From the NCBI GenBank assembly GCA_964016885.1, contig OZ024741.1:359414001-359478000 (forward strand): a stretch of 64,000 nt of DNA. The letters run 5' to 3'. The notes beneath the pieces are model-generated. The model was not told the DNA's origin, did no database searches, and was given only the letters and a program-made list of their open reading frames with translations. Positions 35,501 to 48,706 of the stretch are shown here, piece after piece. The number at the start of each line of letters is the position of its first letter. Position 1 is the first letter of the stretch. Both the position numbers and the translations under genes were made by a program. The DNA comes from Eledone cirrhosa. Lineage: Eukaryota.

Positions 35501-38418
35501 TTTAGCAGGGTAGAATGATTAGTCGTTAGTGTGGCAGTGTCCAGTGGTCACAGTGTGGTAAAGTGATAGTATCCTCGTTGGATTGTCTTGTCGACATAGA
35601 CGTGAGGGAAGGTCCCTCGATCTATTTACCATCTTTGTATTTACAATATTCCTTTCGTCAGGTCGCCAATTCCAACAGCATGGATTATAGATGTTATTGA
35701 GACACGAGCAACATAATAATTGTTTCTACTTTTGGCACAAGGCCAGTAATTACCCAGTGCATTACTGGTACTTTATTTTATCGACCCCGTAAGGATGAAA
35801 GGCAAAGTAAACCTCGGCGGAGTAACATAATAATGATTTCAACAGCAGAAATTAGAGATGAAATGTATGTTTATTTTTGATGTAGCACAAACAATGTTTG
35901 TTAACTTATATGGTTGAAATTACATATTAAAAGAGGTTACAAAAGGGAATGTGCCATTGCGCCGGAAAGCCGGCGAGGCTAGGGTGCAAAATCTCACCGT
36001 TACATTATGCGTGTTGCTGGTTCGAAGTTCCTGGTACAAGAGACAGATTCTTCAAATCCTCGCGGGGAATTTCTTCCTCAGGGCGCGTAGGGATACATCC
36101 TCTTCTACTGGCGCTGATTGGCTGAACTGAGCCAAATCACGCACAGAGAATGTATGTGAGCCCGCGGAATGTAGGTCACTACAATATCCCCGAGCAGATT
36201 TTTAGCCGAAAATCGTAAACGAAGAAGCCAAGGACCCACAAGGAAGTCGATACAGATTATTGAATCAGCAATAACATATGCTGAAAGAGCACATCAGTGA
36301 AAAAATAATTGAGCAGAAGGCTGCATGCAAGAAAAAAAAATGAGGCGCTACGGGCCGTGTTGAGCCGCTGTGTCAAATGACCAGCTGTTTTGTTGTTTAT
36401 ACGTGACCAGTAAAGGTCTAACAAAAACGGATAAAGTCTGACATGGGCGAAGTTGCTGTTCTTGCATTTAATGTTAATGGTAAGTGCTGTACCAGTAGCT
36501 GTGGACGAAGCTATTAAGGTAGTTTACCAGTGCTGGCAAGAAGATGATGGGTAGGCGAGAAAATGTTGGCCTCCCAGATGTATTGCCGAATGTGCTAGGG
36601 AGCCAGGAAAAAAATGGCTGGTTGCTTTGAAAAGAAAAAAAAAGCAAGTTTAATCTGTAGGTGGGTTGCAGTGTAAATTCCATAATTCGGGCGAATCCAC
36701 AGAAGTGGCCGAAATGCTGACAAGTCCAGTTATATTTGCTGCTTTCCCAGCGAATCGGGAAAAAACAGCAAGACGAAGGCCGTCATGGACGATCAGTGCG
36801 CAACGAGATGCAAAACTGTTTGAGCTCAGCTGCAACTAGTATTCTCGTGTTGCGGTGCCTGTTTGAATCCAGTGGATTAAGCTCAATGAGCTGCTAGCAT
36901 GTGACAGCACCTCAACCAGGTGAAAAGGGACTCGCAGAATATTACGTTTGAAGAACATATACCAAGAACAACATGTTGGTGTGTGACAAAAAAAATGTGT
37001 GTATATGCAGGCATGTAAAACAGCAAAGTATGTGAATGAACAAAAAACCATGAGAAAGCAAATAGCAAAAGAGCACAAAACAAGTAAATATGTGAATGTA
37101 ACAAACTGATAATTCAAAGTCAATCTAAGGGAGCAGAGAAATTGCTCAATAAGTTCAAAGTTTTTCAAAGTCAAATAGTTCACACATCACCAGTGTACAG
37201 ACTTTCTGACACTAGTTCTATCTGAAAACTGAAAAAGAAGTTTGTTAATGCCGTTAGGGGTTAGATGTATGGTGTTTTTGAGAGTTTTCGTGGCCATTTT
37301 ACCGTCCTGCCACCTTGTGTGACATAAGGTTGTGTTGCTTGTTGTTAAAGCAAAGTCAATGAATCTTCTGTAGAGTAGCAGTCACCAAACATGGCAGCCA
37401 CGTCTGACGCCATAATGGTGAGAAAACTACTGTCTCAATTTCTCGAGTCCTTGTGGTAACGAAACAGAAGGTATGGTGGTTGCGTCGGTAAAGTTACAAG
37501 CCGTTTTGAAATTTTCGATGTGTGGTGGTTTGCGTCGGTAAGGCTATGAAGCTGCCATCTCACTATTCCCTGTCGCGGGTCAGTGGCTAAACAATGCTGT
37601 CGCTGCTGCTGCTGTCGTTGTTGTTGTTGTCGAGTGTAGCCAGGACTTGTCGGTAGCCATCTTCAAATTTCCTCGTGGCGAAAAGTTTTTGAAATACTGC
37701 TAATTTTTCAAAAAAAAACTTTGAAAGGAACATATTGTATTTTCGCAAGTTGCGAAAAAGGCCGGCAACGCGGCAATAAAAGTTCAACTGTATAAAAAAG
37801 GGCTGCGTTAAATTCTTACGTCGGTCACCACTTTAGCAGTGTAGCAGAATGCTTGGTCGTTAGTGTGGCAGTGTCCAGTGTAGCTGTGGCCAGTGGTCAC
37901 AGTGTGGTAAAGTGATAGTATCCTCGTTGGATTGTCTTGTCGACATAGACGTGAGGGAAGGTCTCTCGATCTATTTACCATCTTTGTATTTACAATATTC
38001 CTTTCGTCAGGTCGCCAATTCCAGCAGCATGGATTATAGATGTTATTGAGACACGAGTAACATAATAATGATTTCAACAGCAGAAATTAGAGATGAAATG
38101 TATGTTTATTTTTGATGTAGCACAAACAATGTTTGTTAACTTATATGGTTGAAATTACATATTAAAAGAGGTTACAAAAGGGAATGTGCCATTGCGCCGG
38201 AAAGCCGGCGAGGCTAGGGTGCAAAATCTCACCGTTACATTATGCGTGTTGCTGGTTCGAAGTTCCTGGTACAAGAGACAGATTCTTCAAATCCTCGCGG
38301 GGAATTTCTTCCTCAGGGCGCGTAGGGATACATCCTCTTCTACTGGCGCTGATTGGCTGAACTGAGCCAAATCACGCACAGAGAATGTATGTGAGCCCGC
38401 GGAATGTAGGTCACTACA
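35501..38418 (-). mobile_element. Non-autonomous LTR element (LARD/TRIM-like) inside the Gypsy A LTR
   Basis: Near-identical LTRs 35501-36183 and 37832-38418; TSD GTTA; PBS TGGTGACCGACG at 37819-37830; PPT-like GCTCGGGGATAT; no recognisable coding domain inside. Confidence 0.88.
35721..35819 (-). mobile_element. 5'-truncated SINE inserted in an LTR
   Basis: Absent from the sister LTR; flanked by a ~15-bp TSD GAG(C/T)AACATAATAAT. Confidence 0.85.
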
Positions 38419-41400
38419 GTTACAAACGAAGGCATTCTATAGAGTACACCCACCAAGTCGGGCCGTCATAATCTGAGAAGAATATTTGTACGTCCGCTTT
38501 CCATTGTAGCCAGCATGGAAGAGAGAGATCAGCTACCCTTTTCACTCAATAGCCTCTCCTATATTATGGATAGTGCCGATACAAGGGAAGTAACTCGCTA
38601 GTCACTACATCACCTCTGGGCAGATTTTTAGCCGAAAATCGTTAACGATGAAGCCAAGGACCCACAAGGTACAGTTTACAAAATGTGGAAGCATGTTTCA
38701 AAACGAAGCATCGGAAAGAGAAATAGGTTCAAGCATGCAAGCATTAACACAGAAAAATGTACAGCAATAAATGCAAAATGCATTAAAAGATACCATTCGC
38801 AGTAAAGGGGCCCCATATGCGATAAACAAAAAAATTGTGCTAGGCAATGAAAATGCCATATGTAGCAAGGTTACAAAAATGCACTGAACAATGAAATGCA
38901 TTTAAACTGGCAACAGCCGTAATGTTACGGGATGTAACGAAAAATAATATATATTGATACTGCCGTAGGCAGTCAGGAGTCAAAAAGCAACACAATGAAA
39001 TATACAGCAAAAACAATTGGAAGAAGAAAAGAATACAATTCAGTTTATATTACCGCATAGCTTACGGGGCCAATGCACCCTTCGCCCAGAACGGGTCGTA
39101 GTTCTGTATGTTGATGGGGGGGGGGGGAAGAAATAGGCGTATGTGGCAAAGAAAAAGAAGGGGGCATTTGAGTTTCAAGTGTCATTGTCCAGGTTTGCTC
39201 GTTTGAGACGATCAACGGAAACCGTTTCCCCGGAACCCCGAATGTCCAGTGTGAAATGTTTGTCTGTGCGAGCAAGCACACGATAGGGTCCAGAGTACGG
39301 CCGTTGAAGAGGGGGTCTCACGGCGTCGTCTCTAACGAACACATGTGTCCACAAGGCAATATCCCTTGGGACGGCAGTTTTTATAGTCTGCTTCCTAGTG
39401 CCCATCGGTGGTAGATCCTTGAAATAAGAGTGAAACCGGGACACGTAGGAAGCGGGGTCCTGCGAAGTCAGGTCAAAAGGGGCCAGCATTTTCCCCGGTA
39501 ACGCCAGAGGAGTACCATAAACTAATTCGGCAGAGGAGAACCCAAGGTCAACCTTTACCGTCGACCGAATACCCAACAACACAATAGGTAGGTACTCGCT
39601 CCAACGTGAAGAGTCCATGGAAGCCCTTAAGGAGGCTTTGAGTTGCCTGTGGAATCTTTCCACCATTCCGTTTGAGGCTAGGTGGTAAGCCATGGTTCTT
39701 ATTCGAGTAGCCCCCAAGATTTGGGTTAATTCTCGGAAGAGGTTAGACTCAAATTGACGACCACGATCCGTTGTTATGGTGGTTGGTACACCGAAACGAG
39801 CGATCCATGAAGATACGAGAGTACGGGCTGTGGTTTCAGCGGTGATATCTGTTATAGGAACGGCTTCAGGCCAACGCGAAAAACGGTCAACAATCGTCAA
39901 AAGATACGAAAAACCACGACTAACCGGCCACGGGCCGACGATGTCCACATGAATGTGACGAAATCTTGCATCCGGGCAGGTGAAGGTTCCGAGAGGAGCC
40001 TTAACATGTTTATGAACTTTCGCTTGTTGGCAAGCGACACAGGAACGACACCAAGCAGCAATGTCACATCTCATATCAGGCCAGAAAAATCTGGCTGTTA
40101 TGAGTTTTACTGAGGCTGATACTCCTGGGTGAGAAATGCCATGTAAAGAGAGAAACACAGTTCGTCGATGTTCCACTGGGACTAGAGGTCGTGGTGAGTC
40201 CAACGAAACATCACACAGTATTTGTCCGTCAGCAGTTGAGATCGGAATGTATTTCAGTTTGCAATGTACAAACTCTGGCGATGTAACATCCAACGATTCG
40301 AGAGTGGGTTGAGCAGCTGCCATTCGATGTAAATCTATCTCCTCGGAAGACGAAATCGATGCGATCGGCAGGCGAGACAGCGCATCGGCCGCTGTATTCA
40401 AAGAACCCGGAATATGTTGAATGTCGTTCGTGAACTGTGAGATGAAGTCCAGATGTCTCGTTTCTCTGGGCGAGTATTTGTCTGCTTTAGTTCGAATAGC
40501 AAACGTCAAAGGTTTATGATCAGTGAAAATGGTGAATGTTCTACCTTCAAGTACATGAGCAAAATGTTTCACTGATAAATAAATTGCTAATAGCTCCCTT
40601 CCAAAGGTGCTATAGCGCTATAGCGAGTTTCGGCAGGCTTTAACTTTCCCGAAAAGAACTCGAGTGGTTGCTGTAACCCATCACACTTCTGCTGTAAGAC
40701 TGCGCCCACGGCGCTATCCGAAGCATCAACACAGAGCGACAGCCCGGCGTTGGGCATGGGGTGGGCGAGCAAAGATGCAGTCGCTAACGCTTTCTTCACT
40801 TTCTCAAAATCCGCCAGGTGCGTTGCATTTAATGAAATGTTCATATTCTTCCGTCGACAGTTTTTAAAAATTTCTGTCAACGTGGACAGTAAGCTGGAAC
40901 AATTAGGCACGAATCGCCTATAAAAATTCACAAGGCCCAAGAATTGCCGTAATTGTCGAAGCGAACTTGGCGGAGGCAAATCCTGAATTGCCTTAACTTT
41001 TTCCGGAAGGGGCCGAATACCATCGGCATCAATAAGATGGCCCAAACATGTTAGCGATGTCGAGCCGAAAACACACTTAGCGGCATTAACACGAACATTA
41101 TATTTCTGTAAACGCAGAAATAAGATATCCAGATGTTTGGAATGTTGTTCAGGAGAAGAACTAGCAATCAGTACATCATTGATATACGTGTAAACAAAAT
41201 CGAGACCACGAGTGACATCATCCATGAATCGTTGGAAGGTACTTGCAGCATTTCTAAGTCCGAAAGGCATAGTGAGGAACTCGAATGCTCCGAAAGGAGT
41301 AGCAATAGCAGTCTTTGGAATATCCTCCTTTTTAACCGGAATTTGATTATAAGCGCGGATCAAATCAAGCTTAGAAAAGATTCTGCAACCCTGCAATGAC

Positions 41401-42498
41401 GATGCAAAATCCTGCAAATGCGGGATTGGGTAACGGTCAGGCACAGTAATCGCGTTTAAGCGTCGGTAGTCACCCGTCGGTCTCCAATCACCAGAAGATT
41501 TAAGTACCATATGTAGAGGCGGTCAGGCACAGTAATCAGAACGTGCAGCCTTCAACCTCTCTGCAGACAATCTTCGAGGACGTGAGACAACGGGTGGTCC
41601 TGTAGTCGATATGAAGTGTTCAATCGCATGATCCGGGCTAGTAATTCGTAACTTTCCTTGCGTCAACTGAGGGAATGAATGTAACAGGCTGTGATACTGG
41701 TTGCCCACTTCAGCCAAGAAAAAAGAAGGGCTGACTGTGACGACCTCCGGCTTCGAACCCTCGAAAGAAAGGCCTGTTTCAGCATCAAAAAGGCGTTGTC
41801 TGCGGATGTCCACCGACAAGGAAAAATGGTGGAGGAAATCAGCTCCCAAAATGGCATATGGCAAGTCGGCGATAGTAAACTTCCACTTCAAATCACGACG
41901 AAGATCTTTAAACCTAAGAGGAAGAGAAATTTGCCCGTAAGTTCGAATCGCCGTATGGTTAACTGCTCGTAAATTGATAGTGGATTCAGACGGGGTTTTT
42001 TCGAGATAACCGACTGGCCAAATACTCAGTGACGGGCCAGTATCGACGAGGAAAAATTTTCTCGACCGCAGGTCGTACACGAAAAGATGGCGGTTCGGTC
42101 GATTTTCCCAGAGCTCACTAGCCGCCCCTAGTGGCTCTGATTTGCGTTTTCCGACTTCCTGTAATTACAGGGCGCGCGACAACGTTGCGCCCGACTGCCA
42201 AAGTTAACATGATACCAACAAATCGAAGAATTACTGCTGCCTGGAGTGTAGTGTTGGCGAGGAACAGAAGACGGAGGCGAACGGTACCTCAAACGTTGAG
42301 AAGGCTCTCTGTGTTGTACGGTCAAATCCTCCTGTTGTATGGACTGGGAATCGAACTCACAACCTCATTGTTGTATGGACTGTTGAATTCGTTTTATTCA
42401 ATTTACACGTGCTCACACATTTGCATATGAATCACGTGACCTGGGCAGTCAGTCAGCGAATTAAAAGAGAAAAAACTCGGTCACAGACTGCTTCACTT

Positions 42499-42872
42499 TA
42501 TAGCGAGGGAACTGGGTTGTATGAATGTAACAATTTATACATTGTTTGTGTGTATTATATTTAATTAACAATGGTAGATAGTATAGTTGAAATGTCAAAG
42601 AAATAGATGATAGAATGAAACAAAGTTAGTCGTTACCGTTTTGATTGCCAGGCAAACGCGGCTGGCAGAGGACGCCTGGCTAAGGCCAGCCAGGCGCCGG
42701 AAGGCCAAATGAGAGGCTCTTGGCCTGGTGCCGAAAAGGCAATGAGAGGCAGAGCCAAATGAGAGAGTGAGAACTTAAAGTTGTTAGTTTTATAGGGTTC
42801 TGACCGGAAGTTACAGAAAGGGTTCTACTTCCCGTCTAGATGTTAATCCAAACAAGGGAGACAACCGCTACA
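42499..42872 (-). mobile_element. Solo LTR (family L1) inside the Gypsy B 5' LTR
   Basis: TSD ACTT at 42495-42498 and 42873-42876; absent from the 3' LTR. Confidence 0.92.
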
Positions 42873-43077
42873 ACTTACTTTATGTTATTCTGCTACTGTA
42901 AGGAGGGGCGTTTTGGCTGTTTCGTACAATACACAAATTATTTGATATAACTCGTTGTGTATTGTACGAAACAGCCAAACGCGTCGCCGATAGGATTTAC
43001 CTACATTGCCGATAGGATTTACCTACATTGCCGATAGGATTTGCCTACATTGTTGGGAGATTGTTTGTCATAGGGAC

Positions 43078-46000
43078 ATGGCGGAACAACAAACAGCGGA
43101 GCTAATAAAGTTGTTTAGAGAACAGATGGAACAACAGAGTTTATTGGCGTCGCAACAAATACAACAACACAAGAAAGATATGGACACTCTGATAAAACTG
43201 TTTGGTGCTCGAGATTCTGAACAACAGAGTTTATTGGCGTCGCCAGTTGCTTCGACACCAACAGCATTCATCCCACCATTTGCTGCTTTTGATTCAACAA
43301 CAGAACTATGGCCTGATTACTGGTCAAGATTCTGCACGTTTGTGGCTGCTAACGCTGTACCGAGCAACGCATGGCACAAGTGTTCCTGACTAATCAGACG
43401 GCTGCTATCTACAAACAACTTGCAAATCTGGCTGCTCAACAAAATCCGCCTAAGGATATCAACAAGTTGACAATGGACGAAATTGTTGACTTCATGAAAG
43501 AACAGTTCGACCCAAAACTTTTCATTGTGAGAGAACGTTTCAAGTTCTGGAGTGACATGCAACGGAAGCCAGGCGAAACTCTCCAGGAGCTGGCAGCACG
43601 TATACGTCAGGATGCAGCTACCTGTGATTTTCCTTCGATCACAAATCCACAAGATGAAGCTCTAAGACAGAGATTTATATGTTCTGTCAATAATGAAGCT
43701 GTGTTGAAGGCTATTTTCAAGATCAAGGATACAGAACTAGATTTCGCCCGTGCTGTCCAAGTTGCCATCGGGACCGAAGACGCAGTAAAGGTTGCCAAGG
43801 AAACTGTTTACGGTTCCAAAACCAAGCAAGTCTACAAGGTCCAGCAGAACAAGAACAAGGGTCCTCGAAAGAACCATCAGCAGTCTTATTCCACAGACCA
43901 GGAGATGTGCTACCGATGTGGAAAGGCCCACAAAGCGACAGACTGCCCCTTCAAAGAAGCCAAATGTCATTTTTGTGACAAAAAGGGACATTTGCAAGCG
44001 GTGTGTAGAAAGAAACAACATCAGCAACGTAATCATCGCTCACAGAATTACGTGAAAAGAATTACAAAAGCTGAGCTAGTCAAGGCGATCCTTGGTGAAG
44101 TTCCCCACGATACTCATAGTTTGAATGTGCCAATAACAATCCAGAACAGACTTTTCACAATGGAATTGGACACAGCTACTACAGGTAATTTTGTTTCCTT
44201 GTCAGTTTGGAAACAATTAGGAAAACAGAAGCTGCAAGATGTCAAACATCGGTTGGAATCTGCCAGCAAGCACGACCTGCCCGTTCTGGGAACTTTCATG
44301 GGCCAAACCAAGGATCCAACGACCGGTAAACGGAATTCAATACCCTACATCGTCACCAAGATCCCTGATCTTAATTTGCTGGGACGAAACGCTATCCAGA
44401 CTCTGGGAATTTCCGTGGACAATGCTCTAGGATTGAAAAGCATAGACAGCCAGGCCAAGAGTGAGGGTGCAGAAGTGATGCATCCAAAGACCTCAAATGA
44501 GCCCTATATTTCCATGCAACGAGATTGTCACAATATGTGTGATGAATTCCCAGATCTCTTCAAGCAAGAATTGGGATGTCTTAATGACTTCGAACTGGAA
44601 GTGAAGTTCAAGTCGGACGCGACACCGGTCTTTCACAAGGCACGCCCGGTCCCGTTTGCTCTTCGTGATGACCTGGCCAAAGGTTACGAAGAAGGCATCG
44701 CCAAAGGAATCTGGAAGCCAGTACAGTTCAACGAATACGGAACGCCAGTGGTACCGATTCGTAAAGCACATACTTCAGGCAACCTGAAGCCCAAACTACG
44801 GATTTGTGGTGACTACTCTGTGGGAATTAATGACCAACTTGCAGATCATCGTCATCCAATGCCACTCCCAGAGGAACTGATGCAGAAGCTCGGAGGTGGA
44901 TTCGGATACACAAAGATTGATCTTGCTGATGCCTATAATCAGATCAAGCTGGCTCCAGAAAGTCAACGCAGGCTTGCACTCAGCACTCACCGTGGGGTGC
45001 TCCTGCAGGAACGACTCCCTTTCGGAATCAAGTCAGCACCTGGTTACTTTCAGGAGATCATGGAAAACCTGACTCAAGATCTACCTGGTGTGGCCGTCTT
45101 CCAGGACGACATGCTCGTCAGTGGGAAAGATGCAAACGATCACCTGAACAACCTAAAGTGTCTGCTCACACGTCTGTGCGACAAAGGACTCAGATGTCGC
45201 CGTGACAAGTGCCAGTTTGTACTACCCAGTGTGGAATACCTTGGACACACCTTGTCGGCTGAAGGGATTGCGAAGGGATTCAAGGTCGAAGCAGTTTTAA
45301 AGATGCCACCTCCAACGAACGTCTCAAGCTTGAAGTCTTTCCTGGGTTCAGTTCAGTTCTATGGAAAGTTTATCCCAAACCTGGCCAGCATGGCAGAGCC
45401 ACTCTATTGCCTTACGAAAAAAACGACTACTTGGAAGTGGGGAGATGAAGAACAGTCAGCTTTCGATCAGTTGAAAAATGTGCTTTCATCGGATCGAGTT
45501 CTGATACACTTCGATCCAAACAAAACTTTGGGACTGGCTTGCGACGCGTCAAACGTTGGTATTGGAGCAGTCCTGTTTCATCGCTATCCTGATGGAAGCG
45601 AACGCCCAATATCCAATGTGTCCAAGACTCTTACTTCTGCACAGCGTAACTACGGCCAAATTCAAAAGGAAGCCCTGGTCATCATATTTGGCTTGCAGAA
45701 GTTCTATCAGTATCTGTACGGACATCAGTTTATACTCGTAACTGACCACAAGCCACTGACATCACTGTTCAGTCGGAGGAAAGGGACGCCACTTCTCGCT
45801 GCTAACCGACTAGCACGGTGGGCCCTGTGGCTGAACCAGTTTGACTACACCATCGAATATCGGAAAACAGCGGATCATGGCAATGCAGATGCCCTCAGTC
45901 GCTTGTCATTTGGTAATGACATCGACTTTGACAGGAAGGAAAATGGTGAAGACATGGACATGGTGTGCGCCATCAAAGCTCTCAGTCTTCAAGTCCAACC

Positions 46001-47228
46001 TATCGATGCTAACGTCCTCCGTCAAGAGTCAGGGAAAGATCCAGTGATATCTACAGTGATACGCTACGTCCGTGAAGGCTGGCCACCAAAGAATACTGAG
46101 ATCAATGACGAAGTCAATAAGTTCCGGAAGTTATCGGATTCACTCAGTATCTGCCATGGATGCCTTATCCATGGATCGAGAGTTGTGATTCCACATAGCT
46201 TACAGCCAAAGATCCTCAATCTTCTGCATCTCGGACACTTTGGCATGGAGCGCATGAAACAATTGGCAAGAACTGCTGTTTATTGGCCTGGTATCGATGC
46301 TGCTATAGAGAAAACCAGTCGACAATGTGATTCGTGTGGTGAACATCAAAACCAGCCATGCAAGTCTCCAGTTCACCCATGGATGTTACTTAAAAATCCG
46401 TGGAGCCGCTTACACCTGGACCACGCAATAAATTTCATGGGCAGTAATTGGTTGGTGATCACGGATGCTTATTCCAAGTATCCATGCATTCATCCTACGT
46501 CATCCACGTCCTCCAGAGCCACTTTAGATCTGCTTGAAGAAGACTTTGCGCACTTCGGATTTCCTCACACGCTAGTCACCGATAACGCACCGACTTTTAT
46601 TTCTGAGGAGTTCCAGAGCTGGTGCAAAGAACGTGGGATCACGCACCTGACAGGGGCACCTTACCACCCAGCTACCAACGGAGCAGCGGAACGTTTGGTG
46701 CAGACCTTCAAACAAGCTCTGAGGAAGACTTCTCTTCCGCCGAAGAGAGCACTTCAAGAGTTCTTGATGCAGTGCCGGAGAACACCGACATCCAGTGGAT
46801 TCTCTCCGAGTGAACTTTTGAATCACCGGCAGATACGGACAAGGATTGATTCTCTGCTGCCCTCGCCAGCACACATCGCTCAAGGCAAGCAGTCTAAGGA
46901 AGCACATAAGTTTCAGATGACTCCGGACTCGGCAGGTGTCGCTAAGGTTACCAGGCAGTACAAGGCTGGAGATCCTGTGTATGCACTGTACTACGGACCT
47001 CGCCGAGACAAAGATCCCCGATGGGTACCAGCAATCATTAAGAAGTCATTGGGTACTCGCTGCTTCAACGTTAAGGTCATACCTCATGGCCCGGTGTGGA
47101 GACGACACTGGGAACAGCTGCAACCGCGGTACATTACTGAGGAAGACAATGAAGCTGGTGATGCAGTAGACACTGTTTTTGAATTTGAACAGATCACCCG
47201 ATGGAGATCTCGGAAATCGTGCCACTAA
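43078..47228 (+). CDS. Gypsy B gag-pol (2x CCHC-type knuckles, PR, RT, RNaseH, IN) with a frameshift near 43360
   Basis: MAEQQ.. start; CYRCGKAH and CHFCDKKGH knuckles; LDTATT; LPFGIKSAPG, FQDD; CDAS, TDHKPL; HHCC and TDNA..GAAER integrase motifs. Confidence 0.9.
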
Positions 47229-48592
47229 CTCCAAGACAGACCAGACCCAAGACCTTGTTGCCTGTTCCAGAGTATGGACCAGACAATCGAAGACGGTCCA
47301 AGAGAACTCGTAAACCCCCAGAGAGACTTTGCTGTTGATACTTCCTTTGTCGCATCAATTTCGGTGGGGAGGTGTTGTATGGACTGGGAATCGAACTCAC
47401 AACCTCATTGTTGTATGGACTGTTGAATTCGTTTTATTCAATTTACACGTGCTGACACATTTGCATATGAATCACGTGACCTGGGCAGTCAGTCAGCGAA
47501 TTAAAAGAGAAAAGACTCGGTCACAGACTGCTTCACTTACTTTATGTTATTCTGCTATTGTGAGGAGGGGCGTTTTGGCTGTTTCGTACAATACACAAAT
47601 TATTTGATATAACTCGTTGTGTTTTCTCTGCGAGTACCGAGAGGAATACAACACCTCCACTTTTTTGGTGAGCGCTTCGATCATCTCCAACAGTTTGCTG
47701 TCGGCCACAGAAGAATTGCGTGGGGGAACAGAAGAAGAAGCCACACAAGGATTATGCCGACTGCTGTTAGAGTCCACCTCTAGTATTCTATCCGCGGATG
47801 CGGCAAGTTGATCTAACGACTCCCTCTCTAAATTATTGACCAAGACCATTTGCGCACTTGGCGGTAAACGGGAGAAAAATAGTTGTTTGTGGAATGGGGT
47901 GTCCATCCCCTGAGAGTCGCTCAACTCCCGCAGATGTCGCAAATAGGAGCTTGGCGTCCTGTCACCCATTTGCGCATCATCTAACAATTCCCGAAAACGA
48001 CTTTCCACTGACTTGGTATTCCTCCGAAGAATTTCCCCTTTCAATGAGCCATAAGTAACGTCTGTGGCTAAATTGGTTACCACATCCTTCACGGAATATG
48101 CCAACGACACAGGCAAGCCACTAACTAGTACCTTCAGTTTATGCTGTTCTTTCGTTTTGGTTAAATCGAAATAGCATTCAAGCTGCGAAAACCAGAGCTT
48201 AATATCGCCCGCAAATATCGGCAAATTATGCGAATTCATGATGGCCAGAGACCCGATGAACCCTTAAAGAACGGAAGTGTTTCTCCGCAGCGGCCAAACA
48301 GCGAAAAGTTGACACTGGATATCAAAATCTCATTCAGGCGAATCTACTGGAAATGAGTGCGCCAATCTGTCGCCGGTCAAAATTAACTCGAATAAAACCA
48401 CCAAAAAAAAAATTATTGTTCTCCATGAAAGTTAGTCAGTCTTAAAATTCGAAGATGGCGTCTCAAAAACTTTGTTTTCCCGCGTCTAGCTTGTCTTCCT
48501 CATTCTAAGCGATTGGATTGGCTGTGTCGTGTCACATGACGTCTTCTTCATCCAAAGTTAGTTTCTTAATCGGCCATCCTGGAACCTTATCG

Positions 48593-48706
48593 CAAGTTTT
48601 CCAGCAAAAGTTAAAATCCGAAGAAATCCTTTCCCTTTGTTTAAAAAAAAAAAATATAACAAAGGGAAAGGATTTCTTCGGATTTTAACTTTTGCTGGCA
48701 AACTTG
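48593..48706. repeat. Fold-back duplication (~48-bp arms) at the truncated 5' end of Gypsy A
   Basis: CAAGTTTTCCAGCAAAAGTTAAAATCCGAAGAAATCCTTTCCCTTTGTT and its near-perfect reverse complement at 48658-48706. Confidence 0.9.

Larger units (their letters stand above)
42333..47622 (+). mobile_element. Gypsy element B (Mag-like), near intact, inserted in Gypsy A gag
   Basis: LTRs start TGTTGTATGG at 42333 and 47373 and are near-identical; PPT CGGTGGGGAGG; long gag-pol ORF. Confidence 0.93.
35316..48600 (-). mobile_element. Gypsy element A (decayed, interrupted, 5' LTR not found)
   Basis: gag 47623-48239 + 42128-42332 (CWYH..FG..A.RC..PC); protease 41523-42080 (LVDTG); RT 40587-41510 ([12 protein letters not shown]); RNaseH/integrase 39175-40572. 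PPT-like ..CCCAGAGGTGA|TGTAGTGAC at 38609. 3' LTR inferred as 38423-38609 + 35316-35500. Confidence 0.85.

Noticed and set aside
43360-43390. Programmed gag-pol frameshift
   Set aside because: It lies early in gag with no slippery heptamer; a 1-bp deletion (VP-EQRMAQVF) explains it.
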